Shown one piece after another: positions 28,227 through 41,400 of a stretch of 64,000 bases of DNA (positions are counted from its first letter, which is position 1; every line of letters starts with the position of its first letter). Source of the stretch: Lophium mytilinum (lineage: Eukaryota); the NCBI GenBank assembly GCA_010093605.1, contig MU004193.1, positions 405,321-469,320 of the forward strand, given 5' to 3'. The notes beneath the pieces were generated by a model that searched no databases, was not told the origin of the DNA, and saw nothing but the letters and a program-made list of their open reading frames with translations. Position numbers and translations under genes: made by a program.

Positions 28227-30241
28227 TCAACCTGGCACCTTAATCTGCTTCGTTTTCCAAACCATCAGAGCGGCGAGCACACACACTCCAGCAAAGGCGG
28301 TAATAACTTCCATCTGCAAGCGATACCCTTCGACAAAAACTTCGTCCACGACAACTTTCACCGCGTGAGGAAATTGATGAATCACAGCCGTGGACTGCAA
28401 CAGTGCCTCTAGTTGCGTTGGTTCCAAAATCGAAGGCAGGTCCGATTTAAGCTTCGCGTTCATGAGACTAGTAGCCACCGAAAGACCAATGGTACTGCCA
28501 AACTGGCGAAACTGCATGATTGCACCTGTCGCCGTTGCTGTTTCAGACCGTTAGCGCTTGCTTCATTGACATCAGACATCTGCTGCGCTACTAAGCTACT
28601 TATGTCAGATAACGTACCTAGATCTTGCGTATCAACACTCAGCGGCGTCATAACAACTAAAGTCCCGAACATCATTCCGAGTCCTAAACCAGCAATGATC
28701 TCGCACCCGTACTGCGTTCCGGAAATCTCTTTTCCGGTGCCGTAAACGCAAAATAAGGACAGTCCGATCAACTGGAAACACGCTCCGGTAATGACGAAGT
28801 ACACTGGCGCACAAGCTTTCTGGCGTGATATAACCACATTTGCGAACACCGCGCCGAAAGGAGCGAAAAGCGCGTACGGGAGGAGTTGAAGACCGGATTG
28901 GAAAGGTGGCATATCGGAGATCATTTGCAGTTTCTGCGGGATGGTGACGACGAGGACACAGAAAGGTACGCCGAGAAATAATGAAACTCTGGTTTGATGT
29001 AAGCATGAAAGCCAGAGGTGAAAGAGACGTGAGAACTCACAGTAGCATGCCCATCCATGCCCTGTTATGCACGAAGCGCCATGGAAAGATGGGCTCTTGC
29101 ATATTGGGCCTGTTCGTAATATACCTTTCCCACAAAACGAATGATATAGCTAGAGCTGCGGAGAGTACTAGCAGCACAATGGTCGGCGCCGAGGACCAGG
29201 AAAATGCTGTAGAACTCTCGAGGAGAGATGTTACGAAGGTAAAAGAGGCGCCGATGAAAAGAAACGCTCCAAAAAAGTCCATCCGTCGTAGATTTGGTAA
29301 CAACGAATCTTGGAAGGGTGTCGATGCAGATTTTCGGTCGTGATGCGGGAAATTATTGGGGAGTGTAATGAAGAGTAGGATGATTGTTGACGCTCCGATC
29401 GGAACACTGATACGTGTCACCTTGATGATCCGTAGTGAGCTAAAAGAGTCTTACTTTATGAGGAATACCCAGCGCCAGGAAGCCTTCTCACTTATCAAGC
29501 CGCCGATAATTGGACCAAGCAATGTTGCTAATGCAACGACAGCAGAAACAATGGTCCCATAGAATGGATACTTGTGCTTAGGTACCATTTCAAAAACGAT
29601 AATGGAGGCTACGGAGAAGCATCCAGCACCTCCAAAGCCTTGGAAGGCTCGCAATATGACTCTGGAGTAGCGATTTAGTACTTTGGAACTCATAGGATAG
29701 GTAGTCTTAGAGGTCTTACAACTGCGTGATCGTCTGTGCAGCTCCACACCCTGCAGAAAATGCCGTAAAGCCAACAAGGGAGGCTGTTAGGGTCATCTTT
29801 CGTCCAATGATGTCGCTGAGCTTTGCCCATATAATGATCAATCCTTCAAGAGCGTTAAACACCCTCTTGGAGAAATACAAGAGTCTGAACTTGACATGCC
29901 TACCTGTATAAGTAGTGAGATATGCGACTATGACCCACCCCGTTCGACTGAAGGCCCGGAGATCATTTGAAATATCGACCAAGGCTGTGCTCACTACTGT
30001 AACTTCGAAGTTCGGTAGAAAGACCGAGCAGCAGACGCTTTTCGAATTAGTTTGTTGAGCAAATCGGGAGATAAAATGCATACCATAATGTTACGAGATG
30101 AAGTCTCCATCCCGTTAAATGGGTTCTTTCAAGAGCGCTGCCTCCTACTTCTACCTCAGTGACCTCATTGTATACAATCGGCTCCAAGGGCAGGATTGTC
30201 GATATTGGCGAGGAATCCTTTTCTATCTGTGTTTCTGCCAT
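28227..30241 (-). CDS. MFS efflux transporter (14-TMS DHA2-like), multi-exon
   Basis: EVTVVSTAL, WVIVAYL, KLSDIIGRK, RAFQGFGGAG, LGPIIGGLI, WRWVFLIN, QFRQFGSTIGLS. Confidence 0.9.
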
Positions 30242-30354
30242 CTTGATGCGTTCTGCATGAACTGCTTGCGCTTTCAAGAGACTAGTGACAATAACGACGT
30301 CGAGAGACCGTTTTCAAAGAGCAGTTCAGAGGGTATTTCTATTCATCGCCGAAG

Positions 30355-30372
30355 CTTTTCCGCGCGGAAAAG
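30355..30372. promoter_or_regulatory. Perfect 18-bp palindrome CTTTTCCGCGCGGAAAAG (CCG-N2-CGG core), candidate Zn2Cys6 site
   Basis: Lies about 115 bp upstream of the MFS ATG in a divergent promoter. The palindrome is seen directly; the function is inferred. Confidence 0.5.
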
Positions 30373-31068
30373 TCAACCTTACTGATGGTGTAGCCATAAT
30401 CAGCGTCAAACATAGTTGGACACCGAGGCAGGGCATCATGATTGTGAAATGTGCCACAGTGCGACCGTTATGGTGTTCCCATTCCATGCCGCACAACCAA
30501 AGGATCAATTACCCCCTCAATTACTCTATTTCGTTCCGGAACCAGATGCTCGGCTACAGATTCCTTCAGTCCCGTGGGACCAAAAGAGCATGTTGGAGTC
30601 GATCATTTCGTGTTTGATATCGTTACAACGTAACGATTCCGAATCAAAGTGTCTCGTTACAGATGTGACATATCCGCACGGTCCCTGTCGGTGTGTGCAG
30701 AGATGTAGGTAGAGAGCTAAGGCGATGAGATACCCTCTCGCGAATATACTGGCTGCCTGGAATGCTAACTTTCCACCCGATCGGAACTTCCGAAAGATCC
30801 ATAAGGTACCACAAGCATTTGCGAGATAGCGTACAGTTATCCATGACCCATCGTTGTAATCTACTCGGTCTCCGGGCCCCGTGCAAGGCAGACTATCACT
30901 ATCACAATACTGTAGGCTCGAAGGTAACCCTGTCGCGGCATCAAATGGTCTTAATATTACGTTCGAAATGACCCATCATCCTTCACACAGAGAGATCATC
31001 GATCAGAATCTCACGCACCTATCACCTTTAACGGTAGCGATTCTCAGTTTCTTCAGTATTGTTCAGAT

Positions 31069-32795
31069 ATGGCTTCCATACAATTTGAAGAAAGGACCGA
31101 TTTCCCGACCCCAATGCCTATTCATCGCCGTAAACAAGTTCTCGTCAACGTCGTAGATGGCCTGGCCAAGGTCAAGCCCCATGGGACCTACGCCTATCTC
31201 CCTATCTCCCCAACAGGATACGAGAAAGGATTCAGGAAGCTGACCTATCAAAAATTTGCGAATGCAGTTAACGGCCTTGCATGGTGGCTAACGACGCAGT
31301 TCGGAAAGAGCACGTCCTTCGAAGCTCTGACGTATGTCGGCCCAAATGACTTCCTACACAACGCGTTGATTCTGGCCTGTGCGAAGACAGGGTATAAGGT
31401 GAGAATCTTGACCGTTTCTCCCCTCGTTCATATTTTAACAGTGAGTTTTAGCTTTTTCTGGCCTCCTTTCGAAACCAGCGAGATGCACTCAAAGCACTTT
31501 TTGAGCAGATTGAAGTCAAGGCTGTACTCACCTCTGATCCAAAGTCAGAGCTCACAGCTAGATATCAAGAAGCGTCTCCGATGCCCGCATTCCAGGTCCC
31601 AAGCGTCGAGATCCTCCTGAAAGAAAGCTTTCCCCACTACCCTTACCACAAAACATTCGAGGAATCGAAGAATGACCCCCTGGTGATTTTCCACACTTCA
31701 GGAACGACTGGGTCTCCAAAGCCTGTCGTTTACACGAATGACTGGGTAGCAGCGTACATGCAAGCGATGCAAACACTTCCGCCGGAAGGCATGGAAATGA
31801 AAGACAAATACATGTGCGGAACTCGTTTTCTTGTGATGATGCCACCCTTCCACGCTGCAAACATCTTTACAGTTTTCTGGATCCCCTTTGCAAACGAGAC
31901 GACCATCATATACCCACCAAAGGCTCTTCCGCCAACACTCAAGACCTTCATAGAAGGAATTCAGAGCATTCAAGTCGACACAGCATTCATTCCACCCCAC
32001 TTCATCAGCCAGCTAGCTGCCAACGAAGACTTGCTCAACATTGTCTCTAATAACGTGGAAACGCTCTTCACAGCTGGCGGCAAAGCAGTAGATGCCCATG
32101 GCGATATCGTAGCCGCGAAAATGGCCGGCCAATACCTGACTACTTACGGCGCCACCGAGATTGGAAACACCCCAGACCTGCTACCAAAAGGTATCCCATC
32201 ATCCAAAACTTGGAGCTACATTTCTCCGCACCCAGCTGCGGGCTGGGATTTTCGCCTTCACAAGCAGACAGATACGCACACAATCTACGAAGCATTCATC
32301 GTGCGGAACCAGGACCCAGACGTGGAGCAGCCTGTTTTCAAAATGTTTCCCGAGCAACAGGAGTATTCGACTCGGGATCTCTACCTCCCACACCCCACAC
32401 ACCCAAATCTCTGGAAATGGGCCGGCAGAACCGATGACACTATTGTCCTTGCATCTGGCGCGAATGTGTCCCCCATGGTGATGGAAACCGGAGTCAGCGA
32501 GCATCCAGCCGTTCAGGGAGTCGTGATGATTGGGAGTGGACATTTGCGCCCCGCGCTCATTCTCGAGCCGAGAGATTCGGACATAGATGGGGAAGACCTC
32601 GTGGAAAATGTCTGGCCGACGGTTGAGAACTTGAATCAGAGTTATTTTGAGGATCATCGGATTCTAAGATCTCATATCTTGGTGACGGCGAGAGAAAGGC
32701 CGATGGCGAGGAGTATGAAGGGGAGTATTCAGAGGAGTATGACTGTGGATTTGTATGAGGTGGATTTAGAAGATTTGTATATGAAATCTGGGTAG
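31069..32795 (+). CDS. Stand-alone adenylation (ANL) enzyme resembling the A domain of fungal A-T-R NRPS-like reductases, with no T or R domain; one intron near 31399-31451
   Basis: IFHTSGTTGSPKP, YGATEIG, STRDLY, GRTDDTIVL and SMKGSIQR (A10 Lys). Stops at DLYMKSG, and a convergent gene begins about 360 bp later. Confidence 0.88.
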
Positions 32796-33159
32796 GGCAT
32801 TGGTCGTTTCTGTTGCAGGCGTTTCATCTGGTCTTAATTTTGTTCTCTTGTAGCTCCTACGCACACCTTCAAACAGCCTTCATATCATTCGATCACTTAG
32901 AACGCTCGGAAGGTGACCCACAACGCTAAATTCAAGGGACACCAACAATTCAAGGTCAGAAACTTTGCAGAAGTAGTGTTTGAAATTGGGGGTTGATGTT
33001 TTGTTTAAGGATTTTCGTTCACCGAGTTCAACTCATGAACGGATGTTCTCCTCCGCAGATCCTTTTTTTTTCGCTCGGAGACAGCATGGATCGCAGCTGT
33101 CAATGTGTGTCATCCGCTTAGACAATTTCCGGAGCCGAGTTCGGCCCCAGCTTCCCTCT

Positions 33160-34007
33160 CTACTTCGCATCGCCTGTAATCGCTCCCAACAGTTCCACAA
33201 GACGGTCCACCAATTGGACTGGTTGTTCAAGATGTGGAGAGTGAGACGAACCCTTCAAGATCATCGTCTTCTTAATGCCTCCAATCTCGACGAACTTCTG
33301 TTGAAGCTCATAAGGGAGTACCCTGTCTGCCTCTGTGAAGATGTACCCAAAGGTGCCCTGAAAATTCGGGTCATCATACGGGTCATAGTGGACGGGCAAG
33401 GCGAAACAGGAGTATGGCTGTCTGGGGAGTGCATTGGCCAGCCTTTCGGCTTCTTCGTCTGGGAGGTCGTGGAAAAGCATTGATTTTGCTTGCTGCTTTG
33501 GAATGACAACCCAGCCGGTAGATTTCTATAACGAGCTCGTTAGAGTCCATTTACGTGCGCAGTATTTCGGCCACTTACATCGTAATCAATCCAGTCGGGA
33601 AGGTTGTTTGGATCCATGCCCATAGCCGACATTGCTGATGTTCCTTTTCGAGCCACGAAGGAGGCGACCCAGAGTAGCGCAATAACACCGCCCTTCAGCC
33701 CATTCTCAGCCCTCTGCTTCTTGCTCAATCCCTCCACAGCGGACGGCCCGTAGATGCCTCCATATGAGTGCATGAACAGGACGACGTCTTTTCCTTCCTC
33801 GACAAGTGGAATGAGGACCTTCTCGCGGAGGTACTTCGCATCGAGGTTCATAGGCGGCATCACGGCTGGGTCATGTTCGGGGTAGCCCGGTGAGATGTCC
33901 CAAACGGTGGGAAAGCCTTTAGCCTTGAACGCCTGCATGACCGGGTCGAAGAACTCGACTGAAGGCCATCCGCCTGGGCAGATAGCCACGGTAGGTTTAG
34001 ATTCCAT
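33160..34007 (-). CDS. Alpha/beta hydrolase (2 exons), candidate thioesterase or acyltransferase
   Basis: PGGW oxyanion region, MHSYGG nucleophile elbow, TEADRVLP (Asp) and SSHSPHL (His). Confidence 0.88.
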
Positions 34008-35442
34008 GATATGTTTGGACAATTGCCTCGGAAGCAAGAGGGAGAGAGAGGCTGGGTGGCAATGGCAGTTGTGTCGGGGTGAAGTCGATGTCGACGTTGC
34101 GATGTTGCGAGTACTAAGTGCTGGAGGCCTAAAGTAGCCGTGTGACGTTGTGCAGACCAATCATCTGATAGACTCAAGTGGAACACCCGAGCGGCGCAGC
34201 GGGCGCAACACAGTATTACTTGTGTTCCCCCCCGATTGATAACTAGGGCGTGTGCAACCAAGGTTGCGTATTCGCGAGTCTCGGTTTGTACACCCGCCCG
34301 TCTACCAATTAGTGGCGAAAGTGCGCTATCTTATCCCCCGTTTATTGACAAGCCAGTTAGAGCAATAACCAGGCATTAGCGAATGTCTATATAATTAGTT
34401 GGTTTAGCCCCCGATTAGCGGTAATCAGCGAATCTCGACAAGGATTACGGTTGATGTTTTGAGGCCACAAGTTTTAGTTCAGCAAACGGAATCCTCTTTC
34501 AGAAATAATGAAGAAATGTAAAGCCGGAAACATAACCAACTGGAAAAATCGTCCAATCCATGCCTGTGAACCGTCCGAGCGGCGTAGCGGGCTGGCGGCT
34601 GTCGCTCAGTATCACCAATGGCGTGTCACAAGACAAAAGCTTCTACCCCTACAATTTAATCAACAACTATTAGATTGTATTTCCCGAGAAGTAAGGCTAA
34701 GGTGTAGTCACACCAAACTACCAGGCTACAGTCGAACGGATGACGGTTGCGTAAGCCTGTGGTCCGTGCATAAAGGCTCTTCTTCCTGCACGGGCTGCTT
34801 CTTACGCTCATACCCCCTCCATTCACCAGTCCTACACACATCCCAGCATGCTCCAGCTCCATTCCTTCGCCGGGTTTGAGAAGTCCGTGGGAGATCCTCC
34901 AAATCACGGTCGCCGAAGAATCGAGCCGGGTACTACTAGAATACCTGCCCGTTTGTCGTCATGTCAAGACCTAGGCGAACCAATCTATTCCATCGCTAGG
35001 ATGTTGTTGCCCTCGTGTATCGAGCTCGGATTCCGAGAGCATCAATTCCATACAGTGCGATGCCGTGTGGTTGGAACATCTCCCCCCTTACTTGCCGACC
35101 GGCCACGATAGGTAGTGAAGGGCTTGAGTGCAGTGGTCTTGATACCAGAGCTATGGAACACCGGTAGCACACCCACATTCGTCTATAGTATTCTTCACTG
35201 TATTTCGAGTTAGGCAAGTACTCACCGGCATGGGGCAAGGCAGCCTAGATGTAACCGTTGTCAAGAGAGCCCCCGAGACTCTACGAGACTTTGGAGCCTA
35301 ACTATCTTTACGGGGTTGCTAAGAAAATCCTCTCCTTTTATCCCATAGCTCTGTTTCCGAATTCCTCAAATTGTAGCGATCAATTTTTCAATCCTAGAAA
35401 CCCTTTACGAATGTGCTTTCGCATCATCGTGAAAACAGCCCA

Positions 35443-38400
35443 ATGTCTAACTCTTTTCCGGTCGAGCCTCTTGCAATCATCGGATTCTCCTTTCGATTTC
35501 CCCAAAATGCAACTTCCGCAGAAGGATTCTGGAAGTTCATGGATGAGAAAAGATGCGCTGCGGGAAAGGTCCCGAGAGAGAGATTTAGCCTTGATGCATT
35601 CTACCACGCAAGTAAGGAAAGAAGAGATACGGTAAATATACAAGAAGGGCACTTCATGGACGGAGATACAGGAGCTTTCGACGCCCCCTTCTTCTCCATC
35701 AGCCCCGCTGAAGCTGCAGCGATGGATCCGCAGCAGCGAGGTATGCTTGAAACATCTTACCACGCACTTGAGAATGGTATGTAACTCGCCCAAGCTGATC
35801 GCTTTTCTTTTGCATTCGCTAAACTTTTCGGACTAGCGGGACTCCCGCTCGAATCAGTCGCCGGGTCCAAAACAGGAGTGTACATCGGCTGCTTCTCAGA
35901 CGACCATAGAATTCTGACACTCAAAGACCCAGAGCGGCTATCTAAGTATGCCGGCACTGGAACGGAATTTTCGATCCTTGCGAACCGACTGAGCTGGTGG
36001 TTCGATTTCAAGGGTCCTAGTTTCAACCTCGATAACGCGTGTGCAAGCGGTTTGACCGCGTTTCATTTAGCTTGCCAATCACTCAGGAACAGAGAGACAT
36101 CAATGGTAAGCGACTTCCATTTGCGCATTACAGGCGCGATACTAAGGCACGTCCACTTCAGGCTCTTGTAGGCGGCAGCAACCTCATGACCTCAATCGAA
36201 CAGTTTCTCCTTCTCTCGAATCTTTCTATGCTCTCTCCTTCGGGCCGTTCATTTAGTTTTGATCATCGCGCCAATGGCTACGGCCGTGGCGAAGGCTACG
36301 GTGTCATCATCATCAAAACACTTGCGGACGCTCTTGGCAGCGGCGATTGCATCCGCGCAGTCGTGAGAGCAACCGGGGCGAACCAAGACGGGAAGACTCC
36401 CAGTTTGACGTCACCCAGCCAGACGTCCCAAGAAGCATTGATTCGAGAGACGTATGAGCGGGCCGGCCTAGACTTGAAAGCAACGGCCTTCGTTGAGGCG
36501 CATGGGACTGGAACGGCTATGGGTGATCCAATCGAGGCTCGGGCACTTGGTCATGTGCTTGGAGCTGAAAAGAGTACGGACGATCCTCTATATATGTACG
36601 TCCTTGATCGCGCAGCGTTTGGGGGTAGTGGCTAATGCACAAACCGTCCATATAGTGGCGCGGTTAAGTCAAATATTGGCCATCTTGAGGGCGCGAGTGG
36701 GATCGCTGGCATCATCAAAACGATCCTGACTCTTGAGCGAGGAATAATCCCGCCAAACGCAAATTTCGAGAAACTCAATCCGGAAATCGATGCTAAAGCG
36801 TTGAATATCACAGTGAGTCTGATTTGTCAAACCATGCCAATCTAAAATTGACACAAGTGATACAGTTCCCCCAAGAATCTACACCATGGCCACACGACGG
36901 GCAACGGCGAGCATCAATCAACTCGTTCGGCTTCGGTGGATCCAACTCACATGCAGTTCTCGATGATGCCTGCAATTTCCTAAAATCTAGAGGGTTCAAT
37001 GGAAATCACCAATCAATTGATCTTGATGCAAGATGTGGAAGTTCTGGGCCGATTACCTTCCAAGCTTTCGCCTCCAGGGTTTCTGATCCGGCTCCGCCAA
37101 AGCTGCTCGCCTGGTCTGCGTTTGACGACAACGCCGTGTCCCGACTGATCCAAGCATATGCAAGTTACTTTGCAGCCGGTCCACCTAGAGCGCTGTCATC
37201 ATCCTATCTCGATAATTTTGCTCACACACTATCAGTCCGACGGACCGCGCTTCCTGTGAGAAGTTTCGCGATCGTGAAATCACCCTCACAGTTACGCGAC
37301 TTAGCAAATGCTACCTCAAAGCCGGTCAGAGCGAGACGGCATCATGGCCTGGCATTCGTGTTCACAGGCCAAGGCGCACAATACAGTCGAATGGGAATTG
37401 ATCTTTGCATCTTTCCGATATTCAAATTGAGTTTAGAGAAATCCAATCTGTGCTTTCGTGAGTACGGCGGCGAGTGGGATTTGCTCGGTAAGCCATAGTA
37501 TGGTGCCTTGTCGTCGATCCATGTACACTGTTCTGCCATTGCTTGTGGTGCTCCAAGAAACTTACCGAAGTCTGGAGCGACAAACAGCATAGCTAAGTGT
37601 GTACCTCCATCAGCAACCGCCTGATGTAGCCCAGCAAGCTTGGTGATAAGTCCGATCGACGAAGTTTAAAATGATCAAAATGTATCGAGGAGCTTCAAGC
37701 AGCGGCAGACAAATGCACACGGATCGGTGACGAGATATTGTATCTTTCGAACCCCTCCCTCTATTTTTACTGATGGCATACAGAGGAGCTAGCGAAGCCA
37801 GAACCGGAATCAAATATCCACGAACCAGAATTTAGCCAGCCTATTTGCACAGCACTACAGATTGCATTAGTAGATTTGTTACGGGATTTTGGCGTCATTC
37901 CACAGAAAGTGGTCGGTCATTCTTCAGGCGAGATCGCCGCTGCGTCAGTACATCAACTACTCTTATGCGATTTGGAGAAGCTGACTTAAACAGATACTCA
38001 ATCGGAGCACTCTCATTCTCTTCCGCCTTGAAAGTTGCCTTCTTCAGGGGCAAGGTGTCTGGAAGTCTTGCCAGGACCCCGGGTATCCAAGGTAGCATGC
38101 TAGCAGTTGGGCTCTCTGAGACTGAAGCGGGCGTCTACTTGGACGTGCTCCGGAGAGAGAAACCCTCGCAGAAGGCAGTGGTGGCCTGCATCAACAGTCA
38201 CAAGAGCATGACGCTTGCAGGTGATGCGATTGCGATCAGTACACTCAAAAAGCAGCTCGACGAAGATGGTGTCTTCGCACGCAAGCTCCACGTCAATGTC
38301 GCATATCATTCCCATCATGTCAAACCATTCTCCGAAGAATATCGTCAATCTCTGAACGGCCTAGAAGCTAGAGATCAGCACGATGAGACACAGCCTGTGA

Positions 38401-41400
38401 TGATTTCATCCGTGACAGGGCGGCCGGTGGATCCAAGCGAACTGGTAAAAGTGGAGTATTGGGTCAGTAATATGGAATCTTCCGTGAGGTTCATGGATGC
38501 TGTCAGCCAACTAGTTTCCTCCCCATGCGTCTCAAACGGCCTGAACGGCCAGAGAAGTACAAGCGAAGTCTCTGACATGTTAGAAATCGGCCCCCATGCT
38601 GTTCTACAAGGGCCGGTAAAGGACACTCTGACGGCACTAAATCAGGCTACAGCAATCCAGTACGGCTCGGTGCTCAATAGAAGGGTTGGTGGCGTAGAGT
38701 CATTCTTGAATGCTATGGGGCGCTTTTATTGTCTTGGCTACCCCGTTGACCTGGCCGCAATCAATGGACTATCGGAGAAGCAAAAGGACGAAACAAAAAT
38801 GCTTACCGATCTTCCTTCATATCCATTTGACCATTCAAAAGTCTATTGGAACGAGAGTCGACTAGGACGAGCCTTCCGTTTCCGAAAAGAAGCTCGCCTA
38901 GATCTACTGGGGCTACCAATCGCGGACGGTGGTCCTCCAGAGCTAGGACGGAGGTGGCGAAAAATCACAAGGATATTTGAGACTCCATGGGTGCAGGACC
39001 ATGTGGTATGTCTCCCTAATGATAGAGGTGCTGAAAGAGCTAATCGCTACAGATCAGCGAGACGACTATCTACCCTGCAGCAGGCATGCTTTGTATGGCG
39101 CTTGAGGCTATTCGGCAGATGGCTGATTCAGCAAAGAAGATCGCGGCGTACACTGTCAGAGATGCCGAGTTTCTCACTGCCCTTCGCTTGTCTTCTAAAG
39201 ATGAAGGGACGGAGTCGCATTTCTACGTACGCCCGCTGAATGACACGACTCATGAAGGAGATCTAACGGCAGAGTTCAAGCTGTATACGTTTCTAGAGGG
39301 TGTCTGGGCCGAGAATTGCCGCGGCACTATCCAGCTTTCATATGATGAGGAAGACATTAACCCTAGCCTGTCTCTGGAGATTCGCGAGAATATTCAAACA
39401 TGCACTCAGAGCGTCGATCGAAACAGTATGTACAGCGAACTGTTCGCTATGGGGATGCAGTACGGGCCAACCTTTCAATGTATGGACAGTATCTCTGTGG
39501 GACAAAGCAAGGATGCATTGGCCGTGGTTCGTACCTTTCAATGGATGGAGGAGCCACAGGATCATATCATCCATCCCGTCACCCTGGACTGCATCTTCCA
39601 TCCCACGCTAGTTGCGCTTACCAAGGCCACACATGAAAAGTCACGAACAGCTGTCCCGACAAGGCTACACAACCTGAGGCTATCTGGGGGTGGGATTTTT
39701 CATCCACTCACTTCGAAAGTCGAAGTGTATGCCAAGGTCGAGACACAAACTTCCAGAACTGCCACAGCTTCGTTGTATGGAAGCGACACTCGAGGCAATG
39801 CGCTAATATCCGTTGAATCATTGGAAGTTACTTTTGTTGACGACGGCAGCAAGGAAGAAGTCGGGACGACTCTACAGCATATATGCTACAACATTGATTG
39901 GAAGGTAGACATTGACATGCTTGATCAGTTCAATGTAGCAGATTACTGTCGATTTCATCTTAGAACCTCTTGCCACCGAAATCCAAACGATCGAATAAGG
40001 CCCGCTCTCGAGAGTTTGATGGACCTCATGGCTTTTAAGAATCCAGGACTCCGGGTGCTGGAGATTGGTGCAAGAGAAGGATCAACCACGCGAGAAGTTC
40101 TCAAGAGTGCTGCGATACGAACAGTAGACGGGCAGAAGTTGCCGGCTATTTCACTCTATCATCTTACTGACACCGAACCTGATCTCTTGGAAGCTGCCAA
40201 AAAGAAATTTGAGGATGAAGGCATTAAGATGGAATTCTCAATCCTTGACATCAATGAAAATCTGACGGATCAAGGCTTTCAAGAGGGGGTTTACGATGTT
40301 ATCATCACCAATGACGTGAGTTATGTCCCTGCCAGCTACTATCTTTACGCCTATTAACTCCCTTTACTTCAGCCTCAGCATTTGACCAGTCTGACGATGG
40401 CTAATATCAGAAAGCTCCTCAGAAAGTACGTATCATCTGCCGAAAGAACTAAAACCTTATCTAACATCACAGTGAGGGAAAACTTTATATGGTCGGTGTG
40501 GCGGAAGAAGATGTATGCAACCAAGTTCTGTCTCAAAATGGGTTCTCGCAAACGGGCATCTTCGTCTGCGACAGCCAACATCCGGTCAATCAGAGAATGA
40601 GTGTCGCTTTGTTTAGTGCTCTCGATAATAACAACCAGGAGATAGCCTGGCCCGATACTATCATCGTAGTCAACGACGAGACTTCGACAGACGCCCAGAT
40701 CGCGAATACCTTGCATGAAGCACTTCAACACTCGGGGCTTTCAACCATCTCGACAGTACCACTTCGTGAGGTTTCCACTATCGACTTGCATGGCAAGTTC
40801 TGCATCTTTCTAGCAGAGCTATCCAGACCGCTTCTGGCTGACTTGGATGAATCCACGTATTTGGAGCTTCGTTCCTGGCTTTCGAATGCTGGGGGAGTTC
40901 TCTGGGTGCATAGCAACGACAACCCAGCCTCCCATATGATCACTGGTGTTGCTCGCGTCTGTCGATCGGAGAATCCTGATGTCAAACAAGTCACGTTTGC
41001 GGTCGATACATCATCTTCAACCACAGTCAGCAACATTCTTCGTATTTTCCGGGAAACAATTACGTCTTCGGTCGATGAGATTGAACTGGAGTATAAGGAG
41101 ATAGACGGTCTTTTGGCAGTAAACAGGGCCATCCCCGCGCCTTATATCGATGAGAACATCCGGAGGAATGTAGCTCCACTGGAAGAATGCTCGAGAGTCC
41201 ATGTAAGTCCTCTTCTTGAAGGGCCAGGTGTCATATACTAATTTAATTCAGGCCACGATCCCAGCCTTTCCAGCCTCCTACTCATTCCCTGAGTACTCCA
41301 CTTACGTCCTCGCTGGGGGCTTTGGCGGTATCGGGCCAACGATCTGTCGCTGGATGGCAAGCAGAGGTGCCAAAAACTTCATCGTCTTGTCTCGCTCCGG

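Noticed and set aside
32980..33483. Plus-strand ORF as the missing T/R domain of the adenylation enzyme
   Set aside because: No DSL phosphopantetheine or TGATG reductase motif; it is antisense to the hydrolase exon.
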